Source: Candidatus Iainarchaeum sp.
GTDB lineage: Archaea; Iainarchaeota; Iainarchaeia; Iainarchaeales; 0-14-0-20-34-12
Direction of reading: 5' to 3'
Length of the DNA: 32,000 nucleotides
Assembly (NCBI GenBank): GCA_030649345.1
Contig: JAUSKK010000029.1
Location: 5,718-37,717, forward strand
Both the position numbers and the translations under genes were made by a program. Every line of letters begins with the position of its first letter. Positions within the stretch are counted from its first letter, which is position 1. The notes under the pieces are model-generated. The model saw nothing but the letters and a program-made list of their open reading frames with translations, did not search any database and was not told the origin of the DNA. Positions 24,575 through 32,000 of the stretch are shown one piece after another.

Positions 24575-26404
24575 ATGAGTAAAGAAGGATTACGAGAAAA
24601 AGCTAAAGTCTACATTAATGGAAGACTAATTGGATTCCATGACAAACCATTACAGTTAACCAAAGACATTATTGGATCTAGAAGAATCAGCCAAATTGAT
24701 TCACAAATTAATGTAGCCTATGATGAAAAAACAAACGAAGTTTACATTAATTCTGATTCAGGCCGAGTACAAAGACCAGTCATTGTAGTTGAAAATGGAA
24801 AATCTAAATTAACCGAAGAAATTGTCAAAAAATTACAAAAACAAGAACTCAACTGGAATGACTTAGTGGAAAAAGGAATTATTGAATACTTGGATGCAGA
24901 AGAAGAAGAAAATGCATACGTGGCCATTGATGATGAAAGCATTACAGCAGAACATACCCATTTAGAAATTAATCCAATTGGAATTGAAAGTATTATTACC
25001 AGCATGATTCCTTACTTAGAACACAACATGGCTGGAAAAGCATTGCATGGAGCCAAAATGTTCAAACAAGCTGCCGGCATTAGCTACGTGAATCCAAAAT
25101 ACAGAATGGACACAGAAGGATACTTACTTTATTATCCTCAAAAAGCTTTGGTTAAAAGCAAGACCATGGACTTGTTAAAAATGGATGTACGCCCGCAAAG
25201 TCAAAATTTTGTGGTAGCCATTATGCCTTTTTATGGATGGAATGCATTTGATGCAGTAGTCTTGAACCGAGGGGCTGTAGAACGCGGATTGGGAAGAATG
25301 GCTTATTATAGAACTTATGATGCAGTACAAAAAAGATATCCAGGCGGACAAAAAGACAAATTTGAAATTCCAACCGAAGAAACTGTAGGATACTTAGGAG
25401 CAGAATATTACAAATCTTTAGGCGAAGACGGTTTAGCTGAAGTAGAAGCTAAAGTAGATGGAAAAACTGCAGTTATTGGAAAAACCAGTCCTCCGCGATT
25501 TTTAGAAGAAGTCTCTGAATTTGGAGTAGTAAAAGAAAAACGAAGAGAAGCTAGTGAAACTGTACGAAAACAAAAATCAGGACATGTAGATGAAGTCATT
25601 ATCACCGAAGATTTAGATGGAAGTATTTTGGCTAAAATTAAAGTTCGAAGCGACATGATTCCAGAAGTAGGAGACAAATTCAGTTCACGACACGGACAAA
25701 AAGGAGTTGTGGGAGCCGTCATTCCAGAAGAAGACATGCCATTTACTCAAGATGGAATTAAACCAGACTTAATGTTAAACCCGCACTCAATTCCAAGCCG
25801 TATGACAGTAGGACACTTATTGGAAATGTTGGCCGGAAAAGCCAGCAGTATGCAAGGAGAACAAATTGATGGAACACCCTTCAATAATGTTCCTTTAAGT
25901 GAATTGAAAAAAATGTTAAAAGAACATGGTTTACGCGAAGATGGAAAAGAAATTTTCTACGATGGAATTACTGGAGAACGAATTGAAGGAGAAATTTTCA
26001 CAGGAGTTGTTGCTTACAGAAGATTGTATCACATGGTAGCTCACAAAATGCAAGCTAGAAGCCGAGGACCAGTACAAATTTTAACACGACAGCCAACCGA
26101 AGGAAAAGAAAAAGAAGGTGGCCTAAGATTTGGTGAAATGGAAGCCGAAACTTTAGTTGGACACGGAAGCAGTATGTTATTGCATGAAAAAATGATTGAA
26201 GACTCAGACAAAGTTACTGAATTGGTTTGTGAAAAATGCGGAATCATTGCAGTCAACGACAAAATCAGAAACAGAAAATACTGCCAAGTCTGCGGAAGTA
26301 CCAAAGTCTATCCAGTGGAAATGAGTTATGGTTTCAAATTAATGTTAGATGAATTAAAAGCATTGGGAATGTATCCTATTTTGCATTTGCGAGACAAGGT
26401 GTAA
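24575..26404 (+). CDS. rpoB1: DNA-directed RNA polymerase subunit B' (Rpo2C)
   Basis: C-terminal half of subunit B: GDKFSSRHGQKGV, PDLMLNPHSIPSRMTVG, LRFGEMEAETLVGHG, and a C-terminal Zn ribbon CEKCG...CQVCG. Confidence 0.95.
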   Translation: MSKEGLREKAKVYINGRLIGFHDKPLQLTKDIIGSRRISQIDSQINVAYDEKTNEVYINSDSGRVQRPVIVVENGKSKLTEEIVKKLQKQELNWNDLVEKGIIEYLDAEEEENAYVAIDDESITAEHTHLEINPIGIESIITSMIPYLEHNMAGKALHGAKMFKQAAGISYVNPKYRMDTEGYLLYYPQKALVKSKTMDLLKMDVRPQSQNFVVAIMPFYGWNAFDAVVLNRGAVERGLGRMAYYRTYDAVQKRYPGGQKDKFEIPTEETVGYLGAEYYKSLGEDGLAEVEAKVDGKTAVIGKTSPPRFLEEVSEFGVVKEKRREASETVRKQKSGHVDEVIITEDLDGSILAKIKVRSDMIPEVGDKFSSRHGQKGVVGAVIPEEDMPFTQDGIKPDLMLNPHSIPSRMTVGHLLEMLAGKASSMQGEQIDGTPFNNVPLSELKKMLKEHGLREDGKEIFYDGITGERIEGEIFTGVVAYRRLYHMVAHKMQARSRGPVQILTRQPTEGKEKEGGLRFGEMEAETLVGHGSSMLLHEKMIEDSDKVTELVCEKCGIIAVNDKIRNRKYCQVCGSTKVYPVEMSYGFKLMLDELKALGMYPILHLRDKV

Positions 26405-26406
26405 AC

Positions 26407-29019
26407 ATGTTACAGAAAAAAATTGACAATATTGAATTCAGAATCTTAAATCCTGAAATGATTCGAAAAATGAGTGCCATTGAAATCAAAACAGCAGAAA
26501 CCTATGACCGAGATGGATATCCTATGGAAGAAGGATTAATGGATTCACACTTAGGAGTCATTAACCCAGGATTAAGATGTAAGACTTGCGGACAAAAAAT
26601 GAAAGAATGCCCAGGTCACTTTGGAAGCTTTGAATTGGTTCGACCAGTAACGCATGCTAAATTTAGCAAAAAAGTTGAAACAGTATTAATGTTAACTTGC
26701 AAAGATTGTGGAAGAATTTTATTAAAAGAAGAAGATCAAGCCAAAGTACGCGCAGGAAATTACAAAGGAGAACTATTAATTAAAAAAGTAAAAACACGAA
26801 GTACTAAAATCAAAAAATGCCCGTACTGTCAAGCCAAACGACCCAAGCCCAAATTAGACAAGCCAACCAATTTTTACTTAGACAAAGAAAGAATTTACCC
26901 ACATGCAATCCGAGAATGGTTAGAAAAAGTACCAGACACAGATTTAGAATTATTGGCATTTAATCCAAAAATTATCCGACCCGAATGGTTAATACTAACA
27001 GTCATGCCAATCCCGCCTATTACAATTCGACCCAGTATTACTTTAGAAACTGGAATTAAAAGTGAAGATGACTTAACGCACAAATTGGTGGACATAGTTC
27101 GAATTAATCAAAGATTAAAAGAAAATATTGATGCTGGAGCACCTCAATTAATTATTGAAGATCTCTGGGATTTATTGCAATACCATGTAACTACTTATTT
27201 CGATAACCAAATTGCAGGAGTTCCTCCATCGAAACACAGATCTGGCCGAGCTTTAAGAACAGTGGTGCAAAGATTGAAAGGAAAAAAAGGAAGATTCAGA
27301 TACAACTTAACTGGAAAAAGAGTTAATTTTGCAGCTCGTTCAACTATAAGTCCAGATCCATTTATTTCCATTAACGAAGTAGGAGTTCCAGAAGGAATGG
27401 TTCGAGATTTAACTTTATCCGAATTGGGAACGGAATGGAATTTGAAACGATTAAAGAAAACCATTGCAGACGGATATGTTTTATCTGTAGTGCGACCGGA
27501 TGGACGAAGAAAAATTGTTACACCCGAAACCATGAAAGAAATTGAAGAAGAATTAGCCGTAGGCTACAAAATTGAACGCCAATTATTAAACGGAGATATT
27601 GTTTTATTCAACCGACAACCTTCCTTGCATAGATTAAGTATGCTGGCTCACCGAGTCAAAATCTTGCCTGGAAAAACTTTGCGATTAAATCCAATTGTAT
27701 GTAAACCTTACAACGCAGACTTTGATGGAGATGAAATGAACTTACATGTTCCTCAAACCGAAGAAGGAAAAACAGAAGCATTGGAATTAATGCTGGTACA
27801 AAATCAAGTTTTAAGTCCAAGATACGGAATGCCAATTGTCATTTTGGATGAAGATGGAATTTCTGGATCCACAGTATTAACTTTAGACACCACAGAATTG
27901 GATCGAGAAACTGCTTACCGGTATTTTTACGAAATGGGAATCAAAGAACTTCCAAAACCAGACCGGGGAAATAAATATTCCGGAAAATTAATTTTCTCCC
28001 AATTATTACCCAAAGATTTGACTATGAAATATAGATCTAAAATGTGTACAGTGATTCAAAAAGCAGACGCAGATTATGAATGCAAAGGAGATAAATGCCC
28101 GCACTGTGTAGAAATTGTTAACGGTGAATTGGTACGCGGAGTAATTGATGATTATTCTTTAGGTGAAGGAAAAGGAAAACTAGTATACCATTTAGCTAAA
28201 ACTTACGCGCCTGAAATATTGGAACAATTTTATTACAAAATTAACCGAGTCATTTCAGATATTTTAACCAAACGAGGAATGACAGCTTCATTGGATGAAT
28301 ATGAAATTAATGAAGAAACTCAAAAGTTTGTTGAAAAAGCAGTTAAAGAAGGATTAACTGAAGCAGAAAAATTAGTGGAACAATACAGAAAAAAAGACTT
28401 GCAATTATTGCCTGGAAGAACTTTACAGCAAAGTTTCGAAATGCAAATGATGATGAATGCTCTTCGAGTGAAAGAAAAAGCTCAAAAGAAAATATTGAAA
28501 GAAAAACTAGGAATGGTATTAAACGAGAAACCAAAATTAAACACAGTTTTGATGATTATTGCCGGAGCTCGTGGAAGCAGTTTAAATTTAATGAATATGG
28601 CTGGATTCTGGGGCCAAGTAGCTGTACGTGAAGGAAGACCCAAACGAGGATTTAGAGGCAGAACTTTGTCTTTATTCAAACGAAACGATGTAGGAGCCAT
28701 AGCCCATGGGTTTGTTCAAGGAAACTTTATGAGCGGAATGAATGTCACAGAATACTTTTTCCACGCCATGGGTGGAAGACAAGGAGAAGTAGACACCGGT
28801 GTTTCCACCAAAGTTTCAGGATACTTATACCGTAGACTGGCTAATTCCTTAAAAGATTTAAGTGTCAAAGGAGACTTAACAGTTAGAACCAGTGATGGAA
28901 AAATTATGCAATACTTATACGGAGAAGACGGAGTATTCCCCATGAACAGTAAAAAAGGAGAAGCTGTAGACATGGATGAATTGTACGAAAAATTAAACGA
29001 AAAGGAGAAGAAAAAATGA
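26407..29019 (+). CDS. rpoA1: DNA-directed RNA polymerase subunit A' (Rpo1N)
   Basis: CKTCGQ..ECPGHFG zinc motif; [11 protein letters not shown]; catalytic [24 protein letters not shown] junction with rpoB'. Confidence 0.95.
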   Translation: MLQKKIDNIEFRILNPEMIRKMSAIEIKTAETYDRDGYPMEEGLMDSHLGVINPGLRCKTCGQKMKECPGHFGSFELVRPVTHAKFSKKVETVLMLTCKDCGRILLKEEDQAKVRAGNYKGELLIKKVKTRSTKIKKCPYCQAKRPKPKLDKPTNFYLDKERIYPHAIREWLEKVPDTDLELLAFNPKIIRPEWLILTVMPIPPITIRPSITLETGIKSEDDLTHKLVDIVRINQRLKENIDAGAPQLIIEDLWDLLQYHVTTYFDNQIAGVPPSKHRSGRALRTVVQRLKGKKGRFRYNLTGKRVNFAARSTISPDPFISINEVGVPEGMVRDLTLSELGTEWNLKRLKKTIADGYVLSVVRPDGRRKIVTPETMKEIEEELAVGYKIERQLLNGDIVLFNRQPSLHRLSMLAHRVKILPGKTLRLNPIVCKPYNADFDGDEMNLHVPQTEEGKTEALELMLVQNQVLSPRYGMPIVILDEDGISGSTVLTLDTTELDRETAYRYFYEMGIKELPKPDRGNKYSGKLIFSQLLPKDLTMKYRSKMCTVIQKADADYECKGDKCPHCVEIVNGELVRGVIDDYSLGEGKGKLVYHLAKTYAPEILEQFYYKINRVISDILTKRGMTASLDEYEINEETQKFVEKAVKEGLTEAEKLVEQYRKKDLQLLPGRTLQQSFEMQMMMNALRVKEKAQKKILKEKLGMVLNEKPKLNTVLMIIAGARGSSLNLMNMAGFWGQVAVREGRPKRGFRGRTLSLFKRNDVGAIAHGFVQGNFMSGMNVTEYFFHAMGGRQGEVDTGVSTKVSGYLYRRLANSLKDLSVKGDLTVRTSDGKIMQYLYGEDGVFPMNSKKGEAVDMDELYEKLNEKEKKK

Positions 29020-30233
29020 CTGCCGGCAAAAAAAGCAAAATCAAAACAAAGAAAATAGTCGAAAAAGCAGTTGTTGAAACCAAACCAGTGGAAGTCCCAG
29101 AAGTAGAAACTGGAAAAGAATGGGAACAATTGGGCGTTCCAAAATCGGTTTGGAAAACTGTAGAAAAATTCTCTGAAGCCAAAAAATTAAGCGAAAGCGA
29201 TGTCAAAAAATTAATGCAATTGGCCAAACAAGAATACGATAAAACCGTCGTCGAAGTCGGGGAAGCTGTAGGAATTGTTGCAGCTCAAAGCTTGGGAGAA
29301 CCTGGAACACAGTTAACACTTAGAACAAAACACTTTGCAGGAGCAGCTGAAGTATCCGTTGGATCTGGAATTCAAAGAGTGGAAGAAATTGTAGACGGAC
29401 GAAGCAAAGCAAAGTATCCCAGTATGACTATTTATTTAGCCGAAGATGTACGAAAAAACAAAAATGCTACTGAAGAATTTGCCAACTCATTATTGGATGT
29501 ACGATTGCGAGACATTGTTCAAATGGACGAAGACTTCAAAGAAAAATTTATTGTCTGGCAATTAAACGATGAACGAATGGCTGAAAACAAAATGGATGCT
29601 GGAAAAATTATTAAAAAAATTGAAAAATTAATTCCTAAAAAAGTAGAAGTAGTCAAACGAGGAACTCGCATTACATTCAATTTTTCGAAAAGAGCTCAAT
29701 TAAAAGATATCCGAAAATTAATGCTGAAATTATTAAAGAAACGAATCAGCGGAGTATCCAATATTGAAACTGTGATTGTCACCAAAGACAAAAAAGACGA
29801 ACCAGTCATCAAAACTAGGGGATCTAATTTGAAAGCAATTTTGCGAAAACGAGAAGCAGATCCTGTTCGAACCATTACCAACGATTTAGAAGAAATTGCC
29901 AAAGTATTGGGAATTGAAGCAGCTCGAACTATGGTAGTCAAAGAATTATATGGAACCTTAAAAGACAACAATATTTCAGTTGATGTACGGCATATTTTGC
30001 TTTTAGCTGACTTAATTACCTTCAGCGGAGAAATCAAAGGAACTGTCAGAACTGGAATTATGCGAGACAAAGCATCTCCATTTGCTAAAGCCAGCTTTGA
30101 AGAAACAGTTAAACATTTATTGGAAGCAGCATTCTATGGAGAACGTGAAGAATTAAAGGGTGTTGTAGAGAATATTATTGTAGGCCAACCGATTAAAGTC
30201 GGAACCGGCACAGTTGAATTAATCATGAAATAA
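29016..30233 (+). CDS. rpoA2: DNA-directed RNA polymerase subunit A'' (Rpo1C)
   Basis: [28 protein letters not shown] (trigger-loop region). ATGA overlap with rpoA'. Confidence 0.95.
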   Translation: MTAGKKSKIKTKKIVEKAVVETKPVEVPEVETGKEWEQLGVPKSVWKTVEKFSEAKKLSESDVKKLMQLAKQEYDKTVVEVGEAVGIVAAQSLGEPGTQLTLRTKHFAGAAEVSVGSGIQRVEEIVDGRSKAKYPSMTIYLAEDVRKNKNATEEFANSLLDVRLRDIVQMDEDFKEKFIVWQLNDERMAENKMDAGKIIKKIEKLIPKKVEVVKRGTRITFNFSKRAQLKDIRKLMLKLLKKRISGVSNIETVIVTKDKKDEPVIKTRGSNLKAILRKREADPVRTITNDLEEIAKVLGIEAARTMVVKELYGTLKDNNISVDVRHILLLADLITFSGEIKGTVRTGIMRDKASPFAKASFEETVKHLLEAAFYGEREELKGVVENIIVGQPIKVGTGTVELIMK

Positions 30234-30243
30234 GGTGTAAAAC

Positions 30244-30597
30244 ATGGAATACGATGCAGGAAAAGAGATTCGCAGAGCTGTAGACACAGGAAAGGTTCTT
30301 TTTGGAGAAAAAGAATCTAAGAAAAGCGTTTTAAATGGTAATGGAGAAATAATTATTGTAAGCAGTAATCTTTCAAGTTCAAAAAAAGAACAATTGCAAT
30401 ATTTTGCAAAATTAGCAAGTATAGCTTACTTTGAATTTGATGGCACTGGAACAAAATTAGGTTCTGTTTGCGGAAAACCGTTTGCCATTTCAACCATGGT
30501 GATTCAAGATACAGGAAAAAGCAGTATCTTGAAAGCAGTCACTGAAACGGCAACTCAAAAACCAACTGCAAAAAAGAAAGCAGTTCGGAAAAAATAA
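30244..30597 (+). CDS. rpl30e: ribosomal protein eL30 (L30e) with a Lys-rich C-terminal tail
   Basis: IRRAVDTGKVLFGEKESKKSVLNGNGEIIIVSSN pattern. Position after rpoA'' is the conserved archaeal order. Junction cassette AAGGTGTAAAACATG nearly matches the one at 26397-26409. Confidence 0.85.
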   Translation: MEYDAGKEIRRAVDTGKVLFGEKESKKSVLNGNGEIIIVSSNLSSSKKEQLQYFAKLASIAYFEFDGTGTKLGSVCGKPFAISTMVIQDTGKSSILKAVTETATQKPTAKKKAVRKK

Positions 30598-30624
30598 TTA
30601 ACAGCAAATGGAGCAATTTGTCAG

Positions 30625-31029
30625 ATGCTAAAATTAACAAAAGATGAATTGCAGTACATGAATGCCTTTCAAGCCTTTACAGGTGTGATGGCACGCGATT
30701 GTGTTATACTAGACGACACAATTGTGTTTGTAGTCAAAGAAGAAGAAGTAGGAAAAGCGATTGGAAAAAATGGACAAAACGTAAAAAGTTTAAGCAATCG
30801 AACCAAGAAAAAAATCCAAATCATACCCTACTGCAAAGAAATTGAAACATTTATTCGACAAGTTTTCAGAGAAAACAAAATCGAAACAGTCACACGACAA
30901 GACCAAGAATTGATTGTAACTACCAACAATGCAGATAAAAAGAAAATATTACAAAACAAATGGAAATTTTTAATAATAAAAGAAGTAGCAAAAAGAAATT
31001 ATGAAATTGAAAACATTAAAATAAAATGA
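30625..31029 (+). CDS. nusA: archaeal NusA-like KH-domain transcription termination/antitermination protein
   Basis: GKAIGKNGQNVKSL (KH GxxG motif), about 134 aa, in the conserved position between rpl30e and rps12. Confidence 0.8.
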   Translation: MLKLTKDELQYMNAFQAFTGVMARDCVILDDTIVFVVKEEEVGKAIGKNGQNVKSLSNRTKKKIQIIPYCKEIETFIRQVFRENKIETVTRQDQELIVTTNNADKKKILQNKWKFLIIKEVAKRNYEIENIKIK

Positions 31030-31090
31030 TGAGGAAACATTGATTATGAATTCGAAATTGAAAATTTTAAAATTCCAGGAGGAATTTTAA

Positions 31091-31519
31091 ATGGCCAGAG
31101 GAGAATTTGCAGCACGACAATTAGAAAGTGTGCGACAAAAATGGCGATGGAAAGACCCCTACTATAAATCCAGAGCATTGCGGCATAACGTAAAATACGA
31201 TTTATTGGAAGGATCCCCTCAAGCACGAGGCATTGTCTTAGAAAAACGCGGAGTTACAGCACGACAGCCCAATTCAGGTATTCGAAAATGTGTACGCGTT
31301 CAATTAACCAAAAACGGAAGACAATTAACTGCATTTGCGCCTAAAGATGGAGCCATTAAATTTATTGAAGAACACGACGAAGTCATTGTAGAAGGATTGG
31401 GTGGACGAAAGAAAGGATCTCCTGGAGATTTATGGGGAGTGAAATACAAAGTCATTAAAGTCAACAACCAATCCTTGCAAAGTCTTCGAACTGGAAAGAT
31501 AGAAAAGGTTAAGAGGTAA
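31091..31519 (+). CDS. rps12: ribosomal protein uS12
   Basis: [25 protein letters not shown] and [23 protein letters not shown] Shine-Dalgarno upstream. Confidence 0.95.
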   Translation: MARGEFAARQLESVRQKWRWKDPYYKSRALRHNVKYDLLEGSPQARGIVLEKRGVTARQPNSGIRKCVRVQLTKNGRQLTAFAPKDGAIKFIEEHDEVIVEGLGGRKKGSPGDLWGVKYKVIKVNNQSLQSLRTGKIEKVKR

Positions 31520-31656
31520 TGGAAATAATTCAGTGCTGCTGAATGAAATGAAGCACAATTAAAACGAACAAGTTTTAATGTGCATTAAACCAAAGGTTTA
31601 ATCGCAGCACAACACACCAACCAGGTTATGGTTGAAAAGGTAAAGAGGTAATGGAA
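31502..31656 (+). repeat. Hairpin-core mini-insertion, copy B, bracketed by a 23-nt direct repeat spanning the rps12 stop and rps7 start
   Basis: GAAAAGGTTAAGAGGTAATGGAA (31502-24) versus GAAAAGGTAAAGAGGTAATGGAA (31634-56) is 22/23 identical. The insert has the core 31556-31605, homologous to 788-839. An outer stem pairs GTGCTGC (31533-39) with GCAGCAC (31604-10). Hairpin CAACC-7nt-GGTTG abuts the right repeat. Confidence 0.65.
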
Positions 31657-32000
31657 TTGAATAAAACAGAAAACGTACAAACACCTGCAGAAACCACAAC
31701 CAGTGTGGAAAAAGTCACTGAATCCGTAGTGACTGAAACCAAAACTGTTGTCAAGCCAACAAAAAGTTTTAATGTAAAATTGTTTGACAAATGGAGTTCA
31801 GAAGGAGTTCAAATCAATGACTTAAGTTTAGTGCGCTATGTTTTATTGGACTCAAAACGAATTCCAATTACTTATGGAAAATATTCTAAAAAAGCATTCC
31901 AAAAATCTCAAATGAGTATTGTAGAACGTTTGATTAACAAAATTATGCGATCTGGTCAAGGAAAAAGAAAATTATCCGGAAAGTATATTCGCGGACGAGG
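31651..32000 (+). CDS. rps7: ribosomal protein uS7, 3' end beyond the window, with an N-terminal extension of about 45 aa
   Basis: ATG overlaps the TAA of the second rps12-end copy (TAATG) and follows a GAGGT Shine-Dalgarno. KLFDKWSSEGVQINDLSLVRYV...MSIVERLINKIMRSGQGKRKLSGKY matches archaeal S7. Absent from the ORF track only because no stop codon falls inside the window. Confidence 0.85.
   Translation, partial: MELNKTENVQTPAETTTSVEKVTESVVTETKTVVKPTKSFNVKLFDKWSSEGVQINDLSLVRYVLLDSKRIPITYGKYSKKAFQKSQMSIVERLINKIMRSGQGKRKLSGKYIRGR

Noticed and set aside
28716-29227. 107-137-aa antisense ORFs across the rpoA'/rpoA'' junction
   Set aside because: They are antisense to strongly conserved RNAP coding sequence and have Phe/Ser-rich low-complexity products.
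22956-30233. Inteins or large insertions in the RNA polymerase subunits
   Set aside because: Subunit lengths (488, 609, 870 and 405 aa) are canonical. The conserved motifs are contiguous, for example [10 protein letters not shown] and GDKFSSRHGQKG.
31026-31032. C-box-like ATGATGA straddling the nusA stop codon
   Set aside because: No CTGA D box, no C'/D' boxes at 12-nt spacing and no terminal stem lie downstream. The TGATGA is just the double stop codon.

Overview
AT-rich (about one-third G+C by eye) archaeal DNA using the standard genetic code, most likely from a small-genome DPANN-type archaeon. The right third (22.7-32 kb) is the canonical archaeal cluster rpoH, rpoB'', rpoB' (split B), rpoA', rpoA'', rpl30e, nusA(KH), rps12, rps7, with rps7 cut by the window end. 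The centre (6.0-16.0 kb) is a tightly packed co-directional operon. It encodes three giant (962-1216 aa) secreted Cys/Ser/Thr-rich surface proteins plus a translationally coupled 98-aa membrane protein. A fourth secreted low-complexity protein with a coupled small lipoprotein lies at 18.6-21.3 kb. The rest encodes RNA-modification functions: a NOL1/NOP2/Sun methyltransferase, three other SAM methyltransferases, a stand-alone ThiI PP-loop domain and a C/D box sRNA. It also holds an intron-containing tRNA-Asp hidden under an ORF call, a thioredoxin-fold protein, a geranylgeranyl reductase and an MscS channel. The most unusual signal is non-genic. Three short structured insertions sit after the C/D sRNA, at the rpoB''/rpoB' junction, and between rps12 and rps7. 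Each is bracketed by a 14-36-nt direct repeat that duplicates the 3' end of the upstream gene. In the two protein-coding cases the repeat includes the stop codon, and every substitution within the duplicated coding part is synonymous. Two of the inserts share a ~50-nt palindromic core of about 83% identity. Two more gene ends (NSUN, nusA) carry tandem duplicates with no structured insert. I saw no CRISPR array, transposase, integrase, rRNA or intein.
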